From the human T2T-CHM13v2.0 reference genome, Homo sapiens, in the NCBI RefSeq assembly GCF_009914755.1, contig NC_060941.1: a stretch of DNA of 64,000 bases; one strand, written 5' to 3'. Made by a program: the position numbers and the translations under genes. How positions within the stretch are numbered: the first letter of the stretch is position 1; the number at the start of each line of letters is the position of its first letter. Positions 1-15,040 of the stretch are shown here, one piece after another. Below the pieces are notes generated by a model. It made no database searches. It was not told the origin of the DNA and saw only the letters and a program-made list of their open reading frames with translations.

Positions 1-100
1 CGCCACCTCACCTGGCCATAATACAACTTCTTTGATGTACTGACATTATTTCTCATTGAGAATCATAATTGTAGCAGGAAAGACTGCAGTGTGTGAGGTC

Positions 101-122
101 ATACATACATACATACATACAT
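101..122. repeat. (ATAC)n microsatellite
   Basis: ATACATACATACATACATACAT. Confidence 0.85.
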
Positions 123-1105
123 TTAATTATTGTATAATTGAAATTCAATGAACTATACATATTTAAAGTGTATAATATTATGTGTTTGATGTGTATATAC
201 CTTTGAAACTCTTTCTACAAACAAGACAATGAACATCTTATTCCCCAAAGTTTCCTCATGTCTCTTTGTAATTCTTCCTTTGGCCCCTCCCAGCTCTTTT
301 CTTCAAGATAACCAATGTTCTACTTTCTGTTACTATAGATTAGTTTGCGTTTTCTAAAGTTTTATATAAGTGGAATCATATAGTATGTACTCTTTTTTTG
401 TCTAGCTTTGGTTACTCAGCGTATTTATTTTGAGATTCAGCCATGATATTACATGTATCAATAGTTTTTTTTTTGTGACAGAGACTCCTTCTGTCACCCA
501 GGCTGGAGTACTGTGGTGCAATCTCGGCTCACTGCAACCTCTGCCTCCTGGGCCCAAACGATCCTCCCACTGGGGAGCTGGGACTATAGGTGAGCCCTAC
601 TGTGCCTCACTAATTTTTGTGTTTTTTGTAGAAACAGGGTTTTACTATGTTGCCCAGGCTGGTCTTAAACTCCTGAGCTCATGTAATCCACCTGCTTTGG
701 CCTGCCAAAGTAGTACATTCATTTTTATTGTGAAATATTATTATATTGGATTAGTTTACTAGAGTATGATTATGCTCTCATCTGTTGATGGATATTTTGG
801 TTGTTTTTAGGTTTTGGCCTTTACAAATAATGCTGCTATGAACATTGTATTCAAGTCCGTATAGACATACATATTTCCTTTTCTCTTGACCAGATACCTA
901 CAAGTAGAATGGTTAGATCACATGTTAGATGCATGCTTTTCAAAGTGGTTGTACAATTTTACATCTACAAGTGGTGTATGAAATTTCCAGTTTTTCTGCC
1001 ACTTGAGAAACACTTGACATTGTCAGTCTATTTTATTAAGTCTTTTTTATTTTAGCTATTTTAATAAATATGCAGTGGTGTGTCATTATGGCATTAATTT
1101 GGATT
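123..1105 (-). mobile_element. Old L1M (MC/MD/ME) 3' end, interrupted by Alu
   Basis: Typical antisense L1M motifs (AGTGGAATCATATAGTATGTACTCTTTT; CATCTGTTGATGGATATTTTGGTTGTTT). Confidence 0.75.
465..711 (-). mobile_element. AluJ-like, partial
   Basis: PolyT followed by antisense Alu dimer with deletions. Confidence 0.9.
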
Positions 1106-1499
1106 TTTACAAGTTGTTCTTCATTTTCAATCCTTAATTCAGTTACCTCTTCATTCATATCTCCCTGTTATTTGGCCATTTTGAGTTTGTGAATTTCTCG
1201 TTTATAATATTGTTTACCTGCAATTGCTACAGACTTACCTCACGTAAGCTCTTGAAAAGCTATACCTATGCTACTTTACATACACTTTTTTTCTGGCATA
1301 ACAGTTTTTGCACAAAACACAGTTTTCAATAAATATAAGTTAAGAAGTAATATTTCTATGTATAATTTCAGGCAGAGACACTATTGCCAGTTTAGTCAAA
1401 ACAACAGTCTCTAGTCAAAGAATATTGTATCAAACTACTTTGAAATGTACAGTTTCCAATTACTGCAGAAGTCCCTTTTAAGGAATTGCACTTCCAGGT

Positions 1500-1883
1500 C
1501 AGACCTATCAGTGTTCTTGCGGTGTCCCCTCTCACTTGAATCTGAGCTTCTTTGTGAGACTTGCTTTAACCAATAACATGTCAGTAGACATACCAGAAAT
1601 GCAAGCTTGATAAATGTTTTTATATTGGGATTTACTCTGTGAAACCACCATAGTCATTATCATATGTGGGTGAAATACCACATGGAGAAAGAGACCCAAC
1701 CATCCTTACTCTCTCAACTTGCAGCCAACTCAGAAGTAGAAAATAGCTATATGAATGAGCCCAGGAGAGAAAATAGCAGAAGAACAACCCATCTAATTCA
1801 CAAAATCTGAGAAATAAAGTGATTATTCACTTGAGCCAGTATGGTTTCTAGTGGTTTCTCATACAGCAATAGATACATGAACC
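1500..1883 (+). mobile_element. MLT1-family MaLR LTR
   Basis: GACTTGCTTTAACCAATA motif, AATAAA, and 3' end TACAGCAATAGATACATGAACCA. Confidence 0.7.
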
Positions 1884-2188
1884 ATAGTAACCATATTTGT
1901 ATTAAAACAAAAAGTTTTGCTTTGTTTATATATGCCTAGTTAGTGGGTAGATGTGGTAGTACTGTCACAACTCTTTAATCTGTAGTTTGCCATGTTTCCC
2001 TGTGTTTTGGAGCACCCTTGATTTTAGTTTTTATTTAGTCCTAAGTTGTTGTTTGATTTTACAGCAAGGGAATCGTGAGTCCCAGAAAGGTTGAAAAAAG
2101 GGTGAGGGGAATGGTGCAGATACAAGGGAAGCAAAGGGGAAAAAACTTTAATCATTTTTCAAAAGATGGCTTTATAGAGAGGATTGAG

Positions 2189-2356
2189 GGCTGGCAAAGT
2201 GGCTCATGCCTGTAATCCCAAGATTTTGGGAGGCTGAGGTAGGAATATCACTTGAGCCCAGGAGTTCAAGGCTGCGGTGAGTTGTGATTGTACCACCGCG
2301 ATCTAGCCTGGGTAACAGAGTGAGACTCTGTCTCTTACAAACAAAACAAAACGAAA
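2189..2356 (+). mobile_element. Alu monomer (FRAM-like)
   Basis: Single Alu arm with (CAAAA)n tail. Confidence 0.85.
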
Positions 2357-3654
2357 TGGAGAGAGAAAGGGAGAAAATTGAAAATGGATGTAGAATAAGA
2401 GAAGTTAATTCTCTTTAGAGTTAGGTCAGTCACTGAACTGGTTTTTTGTTCTAGGAAGTTTCGTCATCTCCAAAAATAGTCACGGTGTTTGAGAAATGTA
2501 AATTGTATGTAATACACTACATGGAGAATGAAAGCCAATGGTGCATTAATATTGTCAAACTGTGAGAGAAGGCAGTCTTCCATCTTGTGCTTTTTTTCAC
2601 ACAGAGATTTTTCTTTTATGACTATGCCAGGTTTTTGTTTGTTTTAATTTTAGTACCATAGTGTTGAGGAAAAGAAAATTCTCATTAAGCATGTCTGATT
2701 CTGATATTGAATGTCCCCCTGGAAGTGGATCACCTGACTACTACCTTCCAAAATATGACTCCCTGGCACTCTTTCTTATCAACAGCCCCTTACAATTAAG
2801 TCACTTCTCACTTTGACTACTATAATAAACTTTCATTATGTGTTAGTATTCAATTCATTTTTCTTTCTCTTGAGTAAATATGAGTTTGTATATAATTCAT
2901 TACAGTTTTTCCCGTTAAAAGTAATGGAAATGATTTTCCATTTAATGCCTTTTCTTTTAGTGGCAGAGTTTTCAGGAAGAAATTACAGTCACTAAGTAGG
3001 CATACATGTATTTATAATTATGTTGAGCTGTTGTGTTTTAGTTTTCTGTTTTGTGGGATTTCGGGAAGATATTTTTATTATCTTTTATGATGATGATTTT
3101 CTGATGAGACCCTTACCTTCAGCTCCTTTCTTCTTTCTTGCTTTTATCACAACATTCCCAAGGGACACATCTCATTTCTGATGCTTTCCTTCTCTGATTC
3201 TTTCCCTTTGGCTGGTATCTCTTGTCCAGCACATGTTCTCGTCTCCTTCCTTGTGATTCCCTAGTAGCCCAGGCTTTGATCCAACAGGTCTTAAGCCTGT
3301 TTTCAGCATTTCCCTGCTCAGGGTGAGACTCCCTGCTTCTCAGAGTGAATCCTACATGACTTTTTTCTGTGTTCTGTCACCAATAGATCCATTCCATTCT
3401 TCTGTTTTGCAAGTAATTCTTGCTCAGCTCTGGTGCCAGCTCAGGAGCCATCTTGGCCAATTTTGAATATTTATAATCCCCCTACATAATTGTTATTTAA
3501 AGTTAGTGGTGTTTCTGTTTTCTAGTTATGCTGTGTTGTGATTTAGGGGTGATTTCATTTGTTTCCCTTGCCGATGTGTTGTTTTCTGGAAGATATTTGG
3601 AGTTAGGTGGTCATATACACATGCACAAACACATTTGTAAAAATACATGGGTTG

Positions 3655-3969
<315 letters not shown>

Positions 3970-4256
3970 TTATGTGCACCTTGCTTGCTTTTCTCTTTTA
4001 ATGTATTATAGTGTGGTTTTATTTAATGATGAATATTCATCCTACCTTATGCACATTATTTCATTATATACATATCTTAGTAATATACATTTTGAAAATA
4101 TAGATAATAGGTTAAAAGAGCTTAAAGCTTAACATAGGCCACCTTGTGCTTTCACCACATCTCCGAATCTCATGTGTGGCTTTATAAGATTTTGTGTCAG
4201 AGTATGCTGGTGTCCTAGTTTGTTCCTTGCACTGTAACAAAATACCACAAACTTGG

Positions 4257-4367
4257 TAATTTATAAATAATAATTATTTATAATAATTTATAAATATTAT
4301 AATAATTTATAAATAATTATTTATAATAATTTATAAATAATTATTATTTATAATAATTTATAAATAA
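4257..4367. repeat. Pure A/T tandem expansion of TAATTTATAAA(TAA)
   Basis: About 110 bp with no G or C. Confidence 0.9.
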
Positions 4368-4608
4368 CAGTTCTGGATGCTGGAAAGTCTGTGATCAAGG
4401 CAGTGGCAGGTTTGGTGTCTGGTGAAGAAGGCTCAGTCTTTGCTTCCAAGGTTGCACCTTGAACTCCATGTCCTCACATGGTGGAAGGGCAAAAAAGGGC
4501 CTAGGGTGTTCTCTGCAACCTCTTTTGTAAGGTTGCTAATCCCATTCATGAGATTGGGAAAGCTCTGCCCTCATGACTTAATCACCTCCTAAAGGCCCCA
4601 CTTCTTAA

Positions 4609-4929
<321 letters not shown>

Positions 4930-4932
4930 TAG

Positions 4933-5249
4933 TTTTATTTTTGATTGATTAATTAATTAATTAATTAATTTTGAGACAGAGTGTCGCTCTGTTGCCCAGG
5001 CTGGAGCGCAGCGGTGTAATCTCGTCTTACTGCGGCCTTCACCTCCCGGTTTCAAGCAATTCTCAAGCCTCAGCCTCCTGAGTAGCTGGGGTTACATGAG
5101 TGCACCACCATGTGCAGCTAATTTTTTGTATTTTTAGTAGGGATGGGGTTTTGCCATGTTGCCTCAAATTCCTGGGCTCAAGTGATTCTCTCGTGTCGGC
5201 CTCTCAAAGTGCTGGGATTACAGGCGTGAGCCACCACTATAGCTGGTCC
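4933..5249 (-). mobile_element. AluJ/S, tandem with previous Alu
   Basis: (TAAT)n-degenerate tail plus antisense dimer. Confidence 0.9.
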
Positions 5250-5834
5250 AATTCAAAAATTTAGCATATGAATTTTGGGGGACACATTCAGACCATTGCA
5301 GCTGGTAAGGTAAAAAAGAAGAAAATATTTGTGAAAGGTTTGCTTCTATACTGTCTGATTCTAAACTTAAGAATAAAAATTGGCCACATATTTATTAAAA
5401 TGGGGTTCTCTCCCTAACCATTTTACTACCATATATTTCATGTAGCAATGTTGCAAAGAGGTATGTTTTCCATGAGCTACATCTAATTCTTGTCTTTCTT
5501 CTCATCTCTCCTGAGCTATTTGCCTGGAAATTTAACAGGAGTACTTAGAAATGGGACATAAAGAAAGATCACCAGAAGATAGTAGTCTATAATGTATATC
5601 TGAAGAAAGAAGCCCACAAAACAAATACTGGCATAATGATAACGTGGATGATATTAGGCCTTCAGTGGCAGCTTTTGCAATTTAACAGGAACTCTGCTTG
5701 TAGTGATATTTCTGTTTAATGGATACAAATATGATTTTGTATTTGATAATTTTTTTCATATGTAGGTTTAACGTAAGGTTTATACTCCATAATATTTATT
5801 GATATTCCTGAATCCATGGATGAAAATATAGAAT

Positions 5835-6040
5835 AATGGAACTAACAAGGGTTTTGGAGTCACATAGACCTAGCTGTGAGTTACTAGCTGTGTAAACTAA
5901 ATTACTCAACAGTTCTTAGGCTCACTTTCCTTATTTGTAAAGCAGTGCTTATATAAAACTGCTGTGATTGGTTCTTGTGTGAATTCAATGAGGCACTGTT
6001 TTCAAGTATTGATTACATCCTGATACATGTTAGGTGTGCC
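5835..6040 (+). mobile_element. MIR fragment
   Basis: GGTTTTGGAGTCACATAGACCT...TTACTAGCTGTGT...CTCACTTTCCTTATTTGTAAA core. Confidence 0.65.
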
Positions 6041-7601
6041 TCATACTATTTGGGTCAGGAAGGTATTAAGGATAGTTAGATATCACTCTTCACCAGGAAT
6101 TTCTTTTCATTTATATTTATATACTTTCTTTGAGTGGGAGTTTTGCCTCTATGACTGTTCGAGAAATAGGGCTGTACCCAGCTTATCTGGTGCTTGTGCT
6201 ACAGATTGGCCAGTCTTCATTGCCTAACCGAGTACTGCATCTAGAGGTCTTTACTTTCATTGGAAAATGGTAATGTGTTCATATTCCCAGTAGAAGCTCA
6301 TATAGTATAAAGCTACATGTGTGTGTATTTTTGTGTGTGTCTTTATTGAGGTATATGGAAATATGATGAACGGCATATATTTAAAGTGTACAGTTTGATA
6401 AATTTTGACATCTGTATATGTCCATGAAGCCATCACATTCCAATCAAGATAATGAGCATATCCATCACCCACAATAGTTTTCTCATGTTTCTTTGTAATG
6501 CACCCTTCCTGTTCCTCCCCCTGTAGAAGAAGCGTGTTTCTATGTAATAAGTCTTCCCGAGTAGCAGTGCCATCTTCACTTTGTAATGAGGTTTTTTTGG
6601 GAAATACTTTGCTGTCACATAGTTCAAAGTGACTTTAGTATACAGTTAAAAATATAAAGGTAAAGGTATTGAGTTCAAAGTTGTTTTTTCTTCTGCTCTA
6701 CAACTTAACCAAAAAGTAAAGCTTTCCATCTAGAACCAGTTCATAAAACAACTAAAAGGCTTGCAGTTTCTCTGTGTAATCATTTCAAAACAATAGTTTT
6801 TTTTCAGCCACCAAGAAGGATGCAGTCTTGACATATAAATAGAAAACAGATTGAGTTTTTGGCTGATATTGCTATACTGGTTTAAATGTTGGTCCAGTCA
6901 ACTTCAGGCTTAGATTACAAGATTTGCAAATTAGAGGAAAACCAAAAGGGAAAGAACATCTGCATAGATTCTGACTTTGTGGAATTCCATACAGGCATGC
7001 TTACTCTACTTCTGGTGGAACAGGCCATGTGCATAGTGAATAAGCCTGAAAAGAGATCACTGTTGTGTTGTGATTATGTTAAAGACAAAAGTTGAAGTAG
7101 ATAATTAGGCAATTCATTATGGAGAACCATGACAGTTTCTACGTCAAGTATTTTTAACCATTTTTTTGGGGGGGAAATCTTTTGTTGATACAGTGATATG
7201 TTACTTTGCCAGAATAAAACCTTGCTAAATATCACTAATTATGTTACTTGATTTTCTGGTATCAAAGTATTGGGATTTGAAAAAGGTAATTTGCTGTAAC
7301 TAAGGATTTTAAATTGGTTATAATCAAAGACTATATGGATATAATTTATTCTATAAATGACAACACAGTCTCAGTGAGATGTAAGGAATCCTTGTCTGCT
7401 ACTGGGCTAATCATACATTGTGTATATGATTTTAAGATGTTTTCTAAAGATCACCTCTCCTGCCATTTAGATATGAATTTTAAGAACTGCTTTATTTGAT
7501 TTTTTTTCTCTTTTATTCTGAGAAGGGGCTTCCTTATGTTCTTTCAAGACATGTTTATGGGTATCTATTATGTGTCAGCTACTGTTAAATAATCCAGGAC
7601 A

Positions 7602-7838
7602 TCGTTTCTTAACTGAGGGAAAAAAGGTAGAGATGATTTTGATCCCCAAGGGATATTTGGCAGTGTCTGGGGGACATTTTTTGGTTGCCACATCATGGAG
7701 TAGAAGGTGCTGTTGGTATCTAGCGTGTAGAGTCAAAGAACCTGCTATACTGTGCATCCTATAATTTGCAGATCAGCCCTTAACAGCAAAGAATTATCTA
7801 GCTCATAATATCGATAGGGTCAAGTTTGAGAAACCCTG
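7602..7838. mobile_element. MER20 (hAT-Charlie MITE)
   Basis: GGGATATTTGGCAGTGTCTGGGGACATTTTTTGGTTG...AAAGAATTATCTAGC...TTGAGAAACCCTG. Confidence 0.8.
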
Positions 7839-7983
7839 ATCCAAGAAGATAAAAATCTGTATGTCTAGAACTGACATTGCTAGACATTTCTTGCTAGAGC
7901 TGACATTCTAGCAAGGAGAGTGAAACAGTAAAAAAATAAGTAAAATATATAGTATGATGATGTAATGTATAACAATAGTAGAG

Positions 7984-8389
<406 letters not shown>

Positions 8390-8744
8390 CTATATTGCTT
8401 TTGGTGTACATTTCTGTTTGGTATATGTAACTAGGAGTGGACTTGCTGGGTCATAAGTTGTTCTCACTATCTTCTTCTATCTTATTATCTTCTTATATCT
8501 TGTTAGATATTTCCAAGCAGTTTTTATTGTTCCATGAACCTTTATTTATTGCCAATATATGAAATGATATAATTAGAACAATGTAGTAAATGTGTGTCAT
8601 TTCCTGTGTTGATGATATCAGGAGTCTTATGAGATTGCCTTAAATAATTGGGATTTGAAATTCTGGATGTGCTTTTTCTCCACTGGTAGCTATTGTAAAT
8701 ATAATTTTGTCTCTTAATTTCTCTTCCTAGTATTCAAATGTTGA

Positions 8745-9059
<315 letters not shown>

Positions 9060-9652
9060 TGAACACTTTTAAATAGTGTTTCTTTATGTTTGAGAACTGT
9101 AAAACTAACTGTAACAGTATAAAACGTGATGGTTGCACAAGTATAGTTGGAAAACTTACCTGGAAAATGGCAGAAATCCTTGATGTCATCTAGATCATGA
9201 AGGGGAAAAATGGGACAAACATGAAGTCCTGAATAGTTAACTTTATAGGAAAGGTCATGCTAAGTGAAATGGTACAGGAAAATTTTTAAAATGCTGTATG
9301 ACCCTCAGGTGTGTTTTGTTCAGGATTGTACAAGGGCTATACTTTTTTTCTTTATTTCTTTGTGTAAAGCTGTTGATCATACCTTAGGATACTGAGGACC
9401 AAATATTTGAAGAGAATTTGGAAAGATTTAGAAAAACTCCTTTTACACAAAAGGAGTTTAAATTATAAAGCTGGCTGAAAAACTTGAAAAAATTACAAAC
9501 TTTGAAGTTTTGTTTTATGTCCATGAATAGATTATTATTATCTTAAAAATAAATTTTCTGGCTCAATAAGGTATTTATCACAACTACTATAATATTCTAG
9601 AGCCAAGATTTAATTTTTGGGTTTTTTTTTTTTTTTAAATAAACATCCTTTT

Positions 9653-9922
9653 GTTTTTTTAAGACAAGGTCTTACTCTGTGATCCATGCTGGAGTGCAGT
9701 GGTACAGTCTTGGCTCACTGCAACATTTGACCCTCGGGCTCAAACAGTTCTCCCACTTCAGCCTCCCTAGTAGCTGGGACTACAGGTGTGTCCCACCAGA
9801 CTCGGCTAGACGGGGTTTTGTGGTATTGCCTAGGCTGGTCTCGAACTCCTGAACTCAAGTGATCCTCCTGCCTTGGCCTCCCTAAGTGCTGTGATTACAG
9901 GCATGAGCCACTGCATCTGGCC
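9653..9922 (-). mobile_element. AluJ with linker deletion
   Basis: Antisense Alu lacking the central A-rich linker. Confidence 0.9.
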
Positions 9923-9942
9923 AATAAATGTCTTTTGATTGA

Positions 9943-10287
<345 letters not shown>

Positions 10288-11805
10288 TAGAAAACAATTG
10301 TTGTGACAAGTGGTTTTCTTTTCATTTATATAATTTTATTAACATCTTGTTTACCAAACACAGTATACAACGAAGGTTAAAACAGTTATTGTGAGATGAC
10401 TGGCATGTTAATTAGAGCCTCCCTACGTGTGTGTGGGTGTGGGTGGATGTGCTTTTGGAGAGACTAATGCAGAGCAAGGGACAGTATTTTGAGTGCCTCT
10501 TTGGCGGTGGGTTTTTTTTTTTAAATGACAAGCCCTCAAATATGTGGTATGTTTAAGTCTTATCAGTTATTTAGATGTAGTCACATTTATCTCTGTGGAA
10601 AATATAAAATACAATAATTTGTATATTGTAAAGTAATGTCATTTTTAATTTTTTGATTAGTCTTTTTCACTTTCTTGAAAAATTCAGAAGAAAACATTCT
10701 GAATGCATCTGTTTGTCAGTTTTGTCCGTGCACCTTTCTCAGACAAAAAAATAAAATGTACGTTTATGATGATGAAAACAGCTGCAGTGCATACTTCTGA
10801 GAGTCATTTGTCAAACGAAGCAGCAATAGAGGAAAAATGATAATACACCACTGCACTATTAAGTATAAAACTGCTGCAATTGGTGCCGTTTTAAATTATT
10901 AAACACTGTAAATGCCATAAAGTTAATTAGAAGAGGAACAAACTCTACAAAGATAAATGTGTTTTCAGTATGATTGTTAGGGGAGGGTACAGTAGAAACC
11001 AGTGAATAGAGAGGAAATTTATTTCTGGCAGGACTCTACACATGGAACTGTGGCTGAACTTTTTACCCTAATTACCTCCTGCTAATGCCTGCAGCGGGCT
11101 GGAATCAAAGTGGTGCTTCAGGCCCTGGAAATTCTCTGATGTGGCAAACGTTTGTTGTGTGAGGAGGGTTTCTTAAGAAAAAGCAGAATATTGTGACAGG
11201 ATTTAAAAAAAATTTCTCAGTTACCACCCACCTCACTTGTTGCCTACAAAAATAGAGTAATTGTTTGCATCTGTGTGTGCTTTTTTATCCCCTAAGAAAT
11301 AACTGTTATAAATCAATGTGACATAGATCCAGTGAACTGAGGCTTGCCTGAGGTAGGATTTTTTTTTGTTTTTTAAAGTTTCTCCTTTAATTGAAAATTT
11401 AGATTCCAAATGTAAAGAGGTTATTTTTTATAATTGAGAAGAAACATTCTATGCATTTTTAAGGAGAATTTGGATCTTAAAGTGTGCTTTTCAAAATGAA
11501 TTCTAAAAACTTTTGTAGTATCAAACTGATAACTATTAAATTGCTTAATCCTGGAAAAAGTGGGAATTTCCAGTTTCCATTATTAGTTCTCCATCTGAGA
11601 CTAGAACCTAAAAGACATTTCTCTAATCTTTGTGAAAGTTAATATCATTCCACTTATGTGTCACAAAAGGTTTGGCCATGTATGCATTTTTGAAATAAAA
11701 AGAATTAGTTCTCTAAAAGCACCTGCTTTTCAACTTCTGCCTTTAAAGGCAGTGTTTCTATACAATGTAAAATACAAGTACCATGACAAGTCATTTTATA
11801 TAATC

Positions 11806-11937
11806 TATTTTTAAAAAATAGAGATAGGGGTCTCACTGTATTGCCCAGGCTGGTCTCAAACTCCTGAGCTCAAGCGATCCTCCCACCTCAGACTGCCAAA
11901 CAGCTGGGATTACAGGTGCGAGCCACTGTACCTGGCC
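11806..11937 (-). mobile_element. FLAM_C-like Alu monomer
   Basis: Left arm only; TSD CATTTTATATA (11792, 11938). Confidence 0.9.
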
Positions 11938-14784
11938 CATTTTATATATTCTAAAAGAATCCAATTTTCAAATAGTCTGCCCTTGTGCATCTGTGCTGTC
12001 TTGTGTCTCCAGCTCCAGCCCTTATCTAATCTTCTTGAAATACCTTTTAGATAATTCTTGAAAAGCACTAATAGCACTTTTTTTATAATGCAAATAAAAT
12101 CATGTTTTTATGTTGGCAAAAATTTATTTTGGCAGTCTTTTAGTTGGATGTCCTAAAGAAATAGTTTTAATTTTTAAAAGCAGAATGCTGTGAGTTTTCT
12201 TGATCCTAGGCAATAAGAATTGTAGTGAAATCCCAAATTTCTTTCAAGATTGTGTCAGAAACTCACAGTTGCTGTGGTTACAGATTGCTTCATTATAACC
12301 TTAGTATTTTGCATTTTGCACACTTATACTTTTGCATTGCATCTGTGACCATTCATTCATATAGTAGTTTTGTGAATTGTGAATGAGGGCTATTTGTTTG
12401 AACTACCAAGTTTCAAAATTATGTTACAAACAATTTATTTTTATTTCGTTCGGTACATATGTTTACAAAAACTTTAATCAGTGGTAAGGCACTTATATAT
12501 TTTCACTTCACGTATTCTTTCAAAACTGTAATTATCCACATTTGATATAATAGATATATTTTGCAACATTTGGCTTTGTCATTTGACGCCCCTTCATTTT
12601 CCGCTCAATTCCAACTGCCTTTACAAGAAAAGCCAAATAAGAAAACATTTTACTTCTCTGTCTACTATGAAAAGTAATCTGTCAAAACGTGAAACTACTT
12701 TTTAAAGCTGTATTTATATCTGTAGGTATTTGGTGCAATTTAAGTTATATTTCACTATAAAATAACTGCATATTATCATTAGAAGGATTTAAATCATCAT
12801 GTGATATTTTTCTGATTCTAATAACAGGAAAGAGAAATTATACTAATGTGGCTTTATCACAAATTATGTAATATAATAACATTTATGTAAAATGAATGTA
12901 AATATTCTTACTAGTTTTCAAACAAAACATTTTATGGTACAAGAGGAATAATTTTGTTGTACTTCAATAATATGTCAGATTTCTTAGAAGTATTAATTTA
13001 GAACAGGATATTTTATTGTCTTCTTAATAAAGATAAGCAAAAGCTTAGATTTTTCTGCTATCATTTTAAGAATTGACAAGGAAAATAATTGACTATAAAT
13101 TTTTACACATATCCTTCTCTAAAATGTTTCCTGTTCTGTCTTGATATAACAGGTTGTTCCTTGATTTTGAGAATTAGACTTTAAGCATAATCTATTAATT
13201 TTGGCTTTACTTCATTTCTCAGCATGTCTCAAATGCTGTGATGAACTTTGGTTACTTTGAAATGTTTAGTGAAGTGGTTTCTATTGATTTCATATGTGTA
13301 CTCAAACTAATCTACATTGGTAGATTATCAAGTTTTAAGATGATACTAGAGTAATAAAACTGGGCATACTCTTTCACAGTATAGTAGTATATTTGGCCTC
13401 ACTGTGCTTGCTTGGCAGAAGATGGTATAATTAACATCTTTTTATGAGTTGAGCTAGACTTTAGTATCCTCATTTCAAGTACCCCATGTTTTTTTGTTAG
13501 CTATGGTTGTGTGTATCTGTTAATATGAAAAATGACTCTGTATTTTTTTGTTTATCATAACTGATAAGGAGTTTTAAGTTATATTGCTTTTAGGGAAATA
13601 AATCCCGGCAACATCTTGCTTTTTGTGGTTGTTAGTGCTTCTACTATAACCAACTTATAAATTTTCCCTAGTATATTCTTTTAGTTTTCAAAAGTTCCTT
13701 ATAATAGTATGACTCAAAACTAACTGTACATGATTTTTAGGGAACTTTATGATGTATTTCTTTATCATTAACTAAAATTTTAATGTTTAATTTTTAACTG
13801 GTCTGTTTTGCCTCTCTATTCTTCTGTATTCCTCTGCCAGCAGTTTCTGCACTTTTGTTATCTATCAGAAGAAAGCGATAAAATAGGAAAGTACAATAGA
13901 ATCTTCTAATGGACATTAAATTCATATATCTTCCAAAATTAAAAAATAATGAACAATTTATTAATATTTTTGCTATTAAAGCTATAAATATATTTTTCTT
14001 TTACATGTGGATTTACAATATGAGATTTTTAGTATCCTGAATTACTACTTTCAAACAGTACACTGTAACAGTTATGCTATTATTATGGCTGATTATATTA
14101 TCTACTACATGAATACCGAAGGCAGATTTGTTAGTTTTTTCTTTGGTTATTTGGAAACCTGATGTTACTGAAGTCAAGGTTGAAACTTCAGTCTTCTTTT
14201 ACTTCTCTTCTTCATCTATAAATAGATTTCCTAATCAACCAGTAAATGAGTATCAGCAACTTAAATATTACATGTTTTAGCAACCAAAATCTTTGCTATT
14301 GTTAGAAACATTTCCACTGGTAGTTTATTGCTGAATATTAAAGATTAAAGTGTTCCTTTTTTAAAATTTGAAGATTGAATCAAATGTTTAAAGAAAAGCT
14401 TTTCTTATCAGGCCATGGTTGCTGCAATAAAAGAAAGAAAGAGAGGCTTTCCTGTATAAAGTTTTACCTACATCATAGGGTTATTGGAAAGGTTAAATGA
14501 AATAGTACTTGTAAAGCCTTTATAACAATGGGTGGTATTTATCAAATGTACAATATTCATATTCTCGTGATGAAATTATAGATATTATACAGCAGTAACA
14601 GATATTAGCCTTATTAGAAAAGCAAGATTCACAAAAGGTAGAATGTCAAACATTTTAGGATGTTTGTTTCAGAAATGGAATTTTCCCAAGTATGTCTCCT
14701 GAATTTCTCATTTAGTCATTAATTGTTTAGACTTTTAAATGAATTTTAAAAAATGGATTCTCTAAAAAAATTTTATCCTCTCAG

Positions 14785-15040
14785 CTTTTTTGGGAGATTT
14801 TTAGAGGAGTTTTAGGGTCACAGCAAAATTGAGTGGAAGATACAGAAAGTTCCCACATATCTCCTGCCCGCATACATTTATAGCCTCTGCCATTATCAAC
14901 AGTCCCCACTAGAGTGGTACATTTGTTATAGTTGATGAACCTACATTGACACATTGACACATCATTATCACCCAGATTCCATAGTTCACATTAAGGCTCA
15001 CTCTTGGTGTTATACATTCTGTGGGGTTGGATAATTGTAT
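14785..15040 (-). mobile_element. L1MC 3' end fragment
   Basis: TTTTAGGGTCACAGCAAAATTGAGTGGAAGATACAGA...GATGAACCTACATTGACACAT. Confidence 0.8.
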
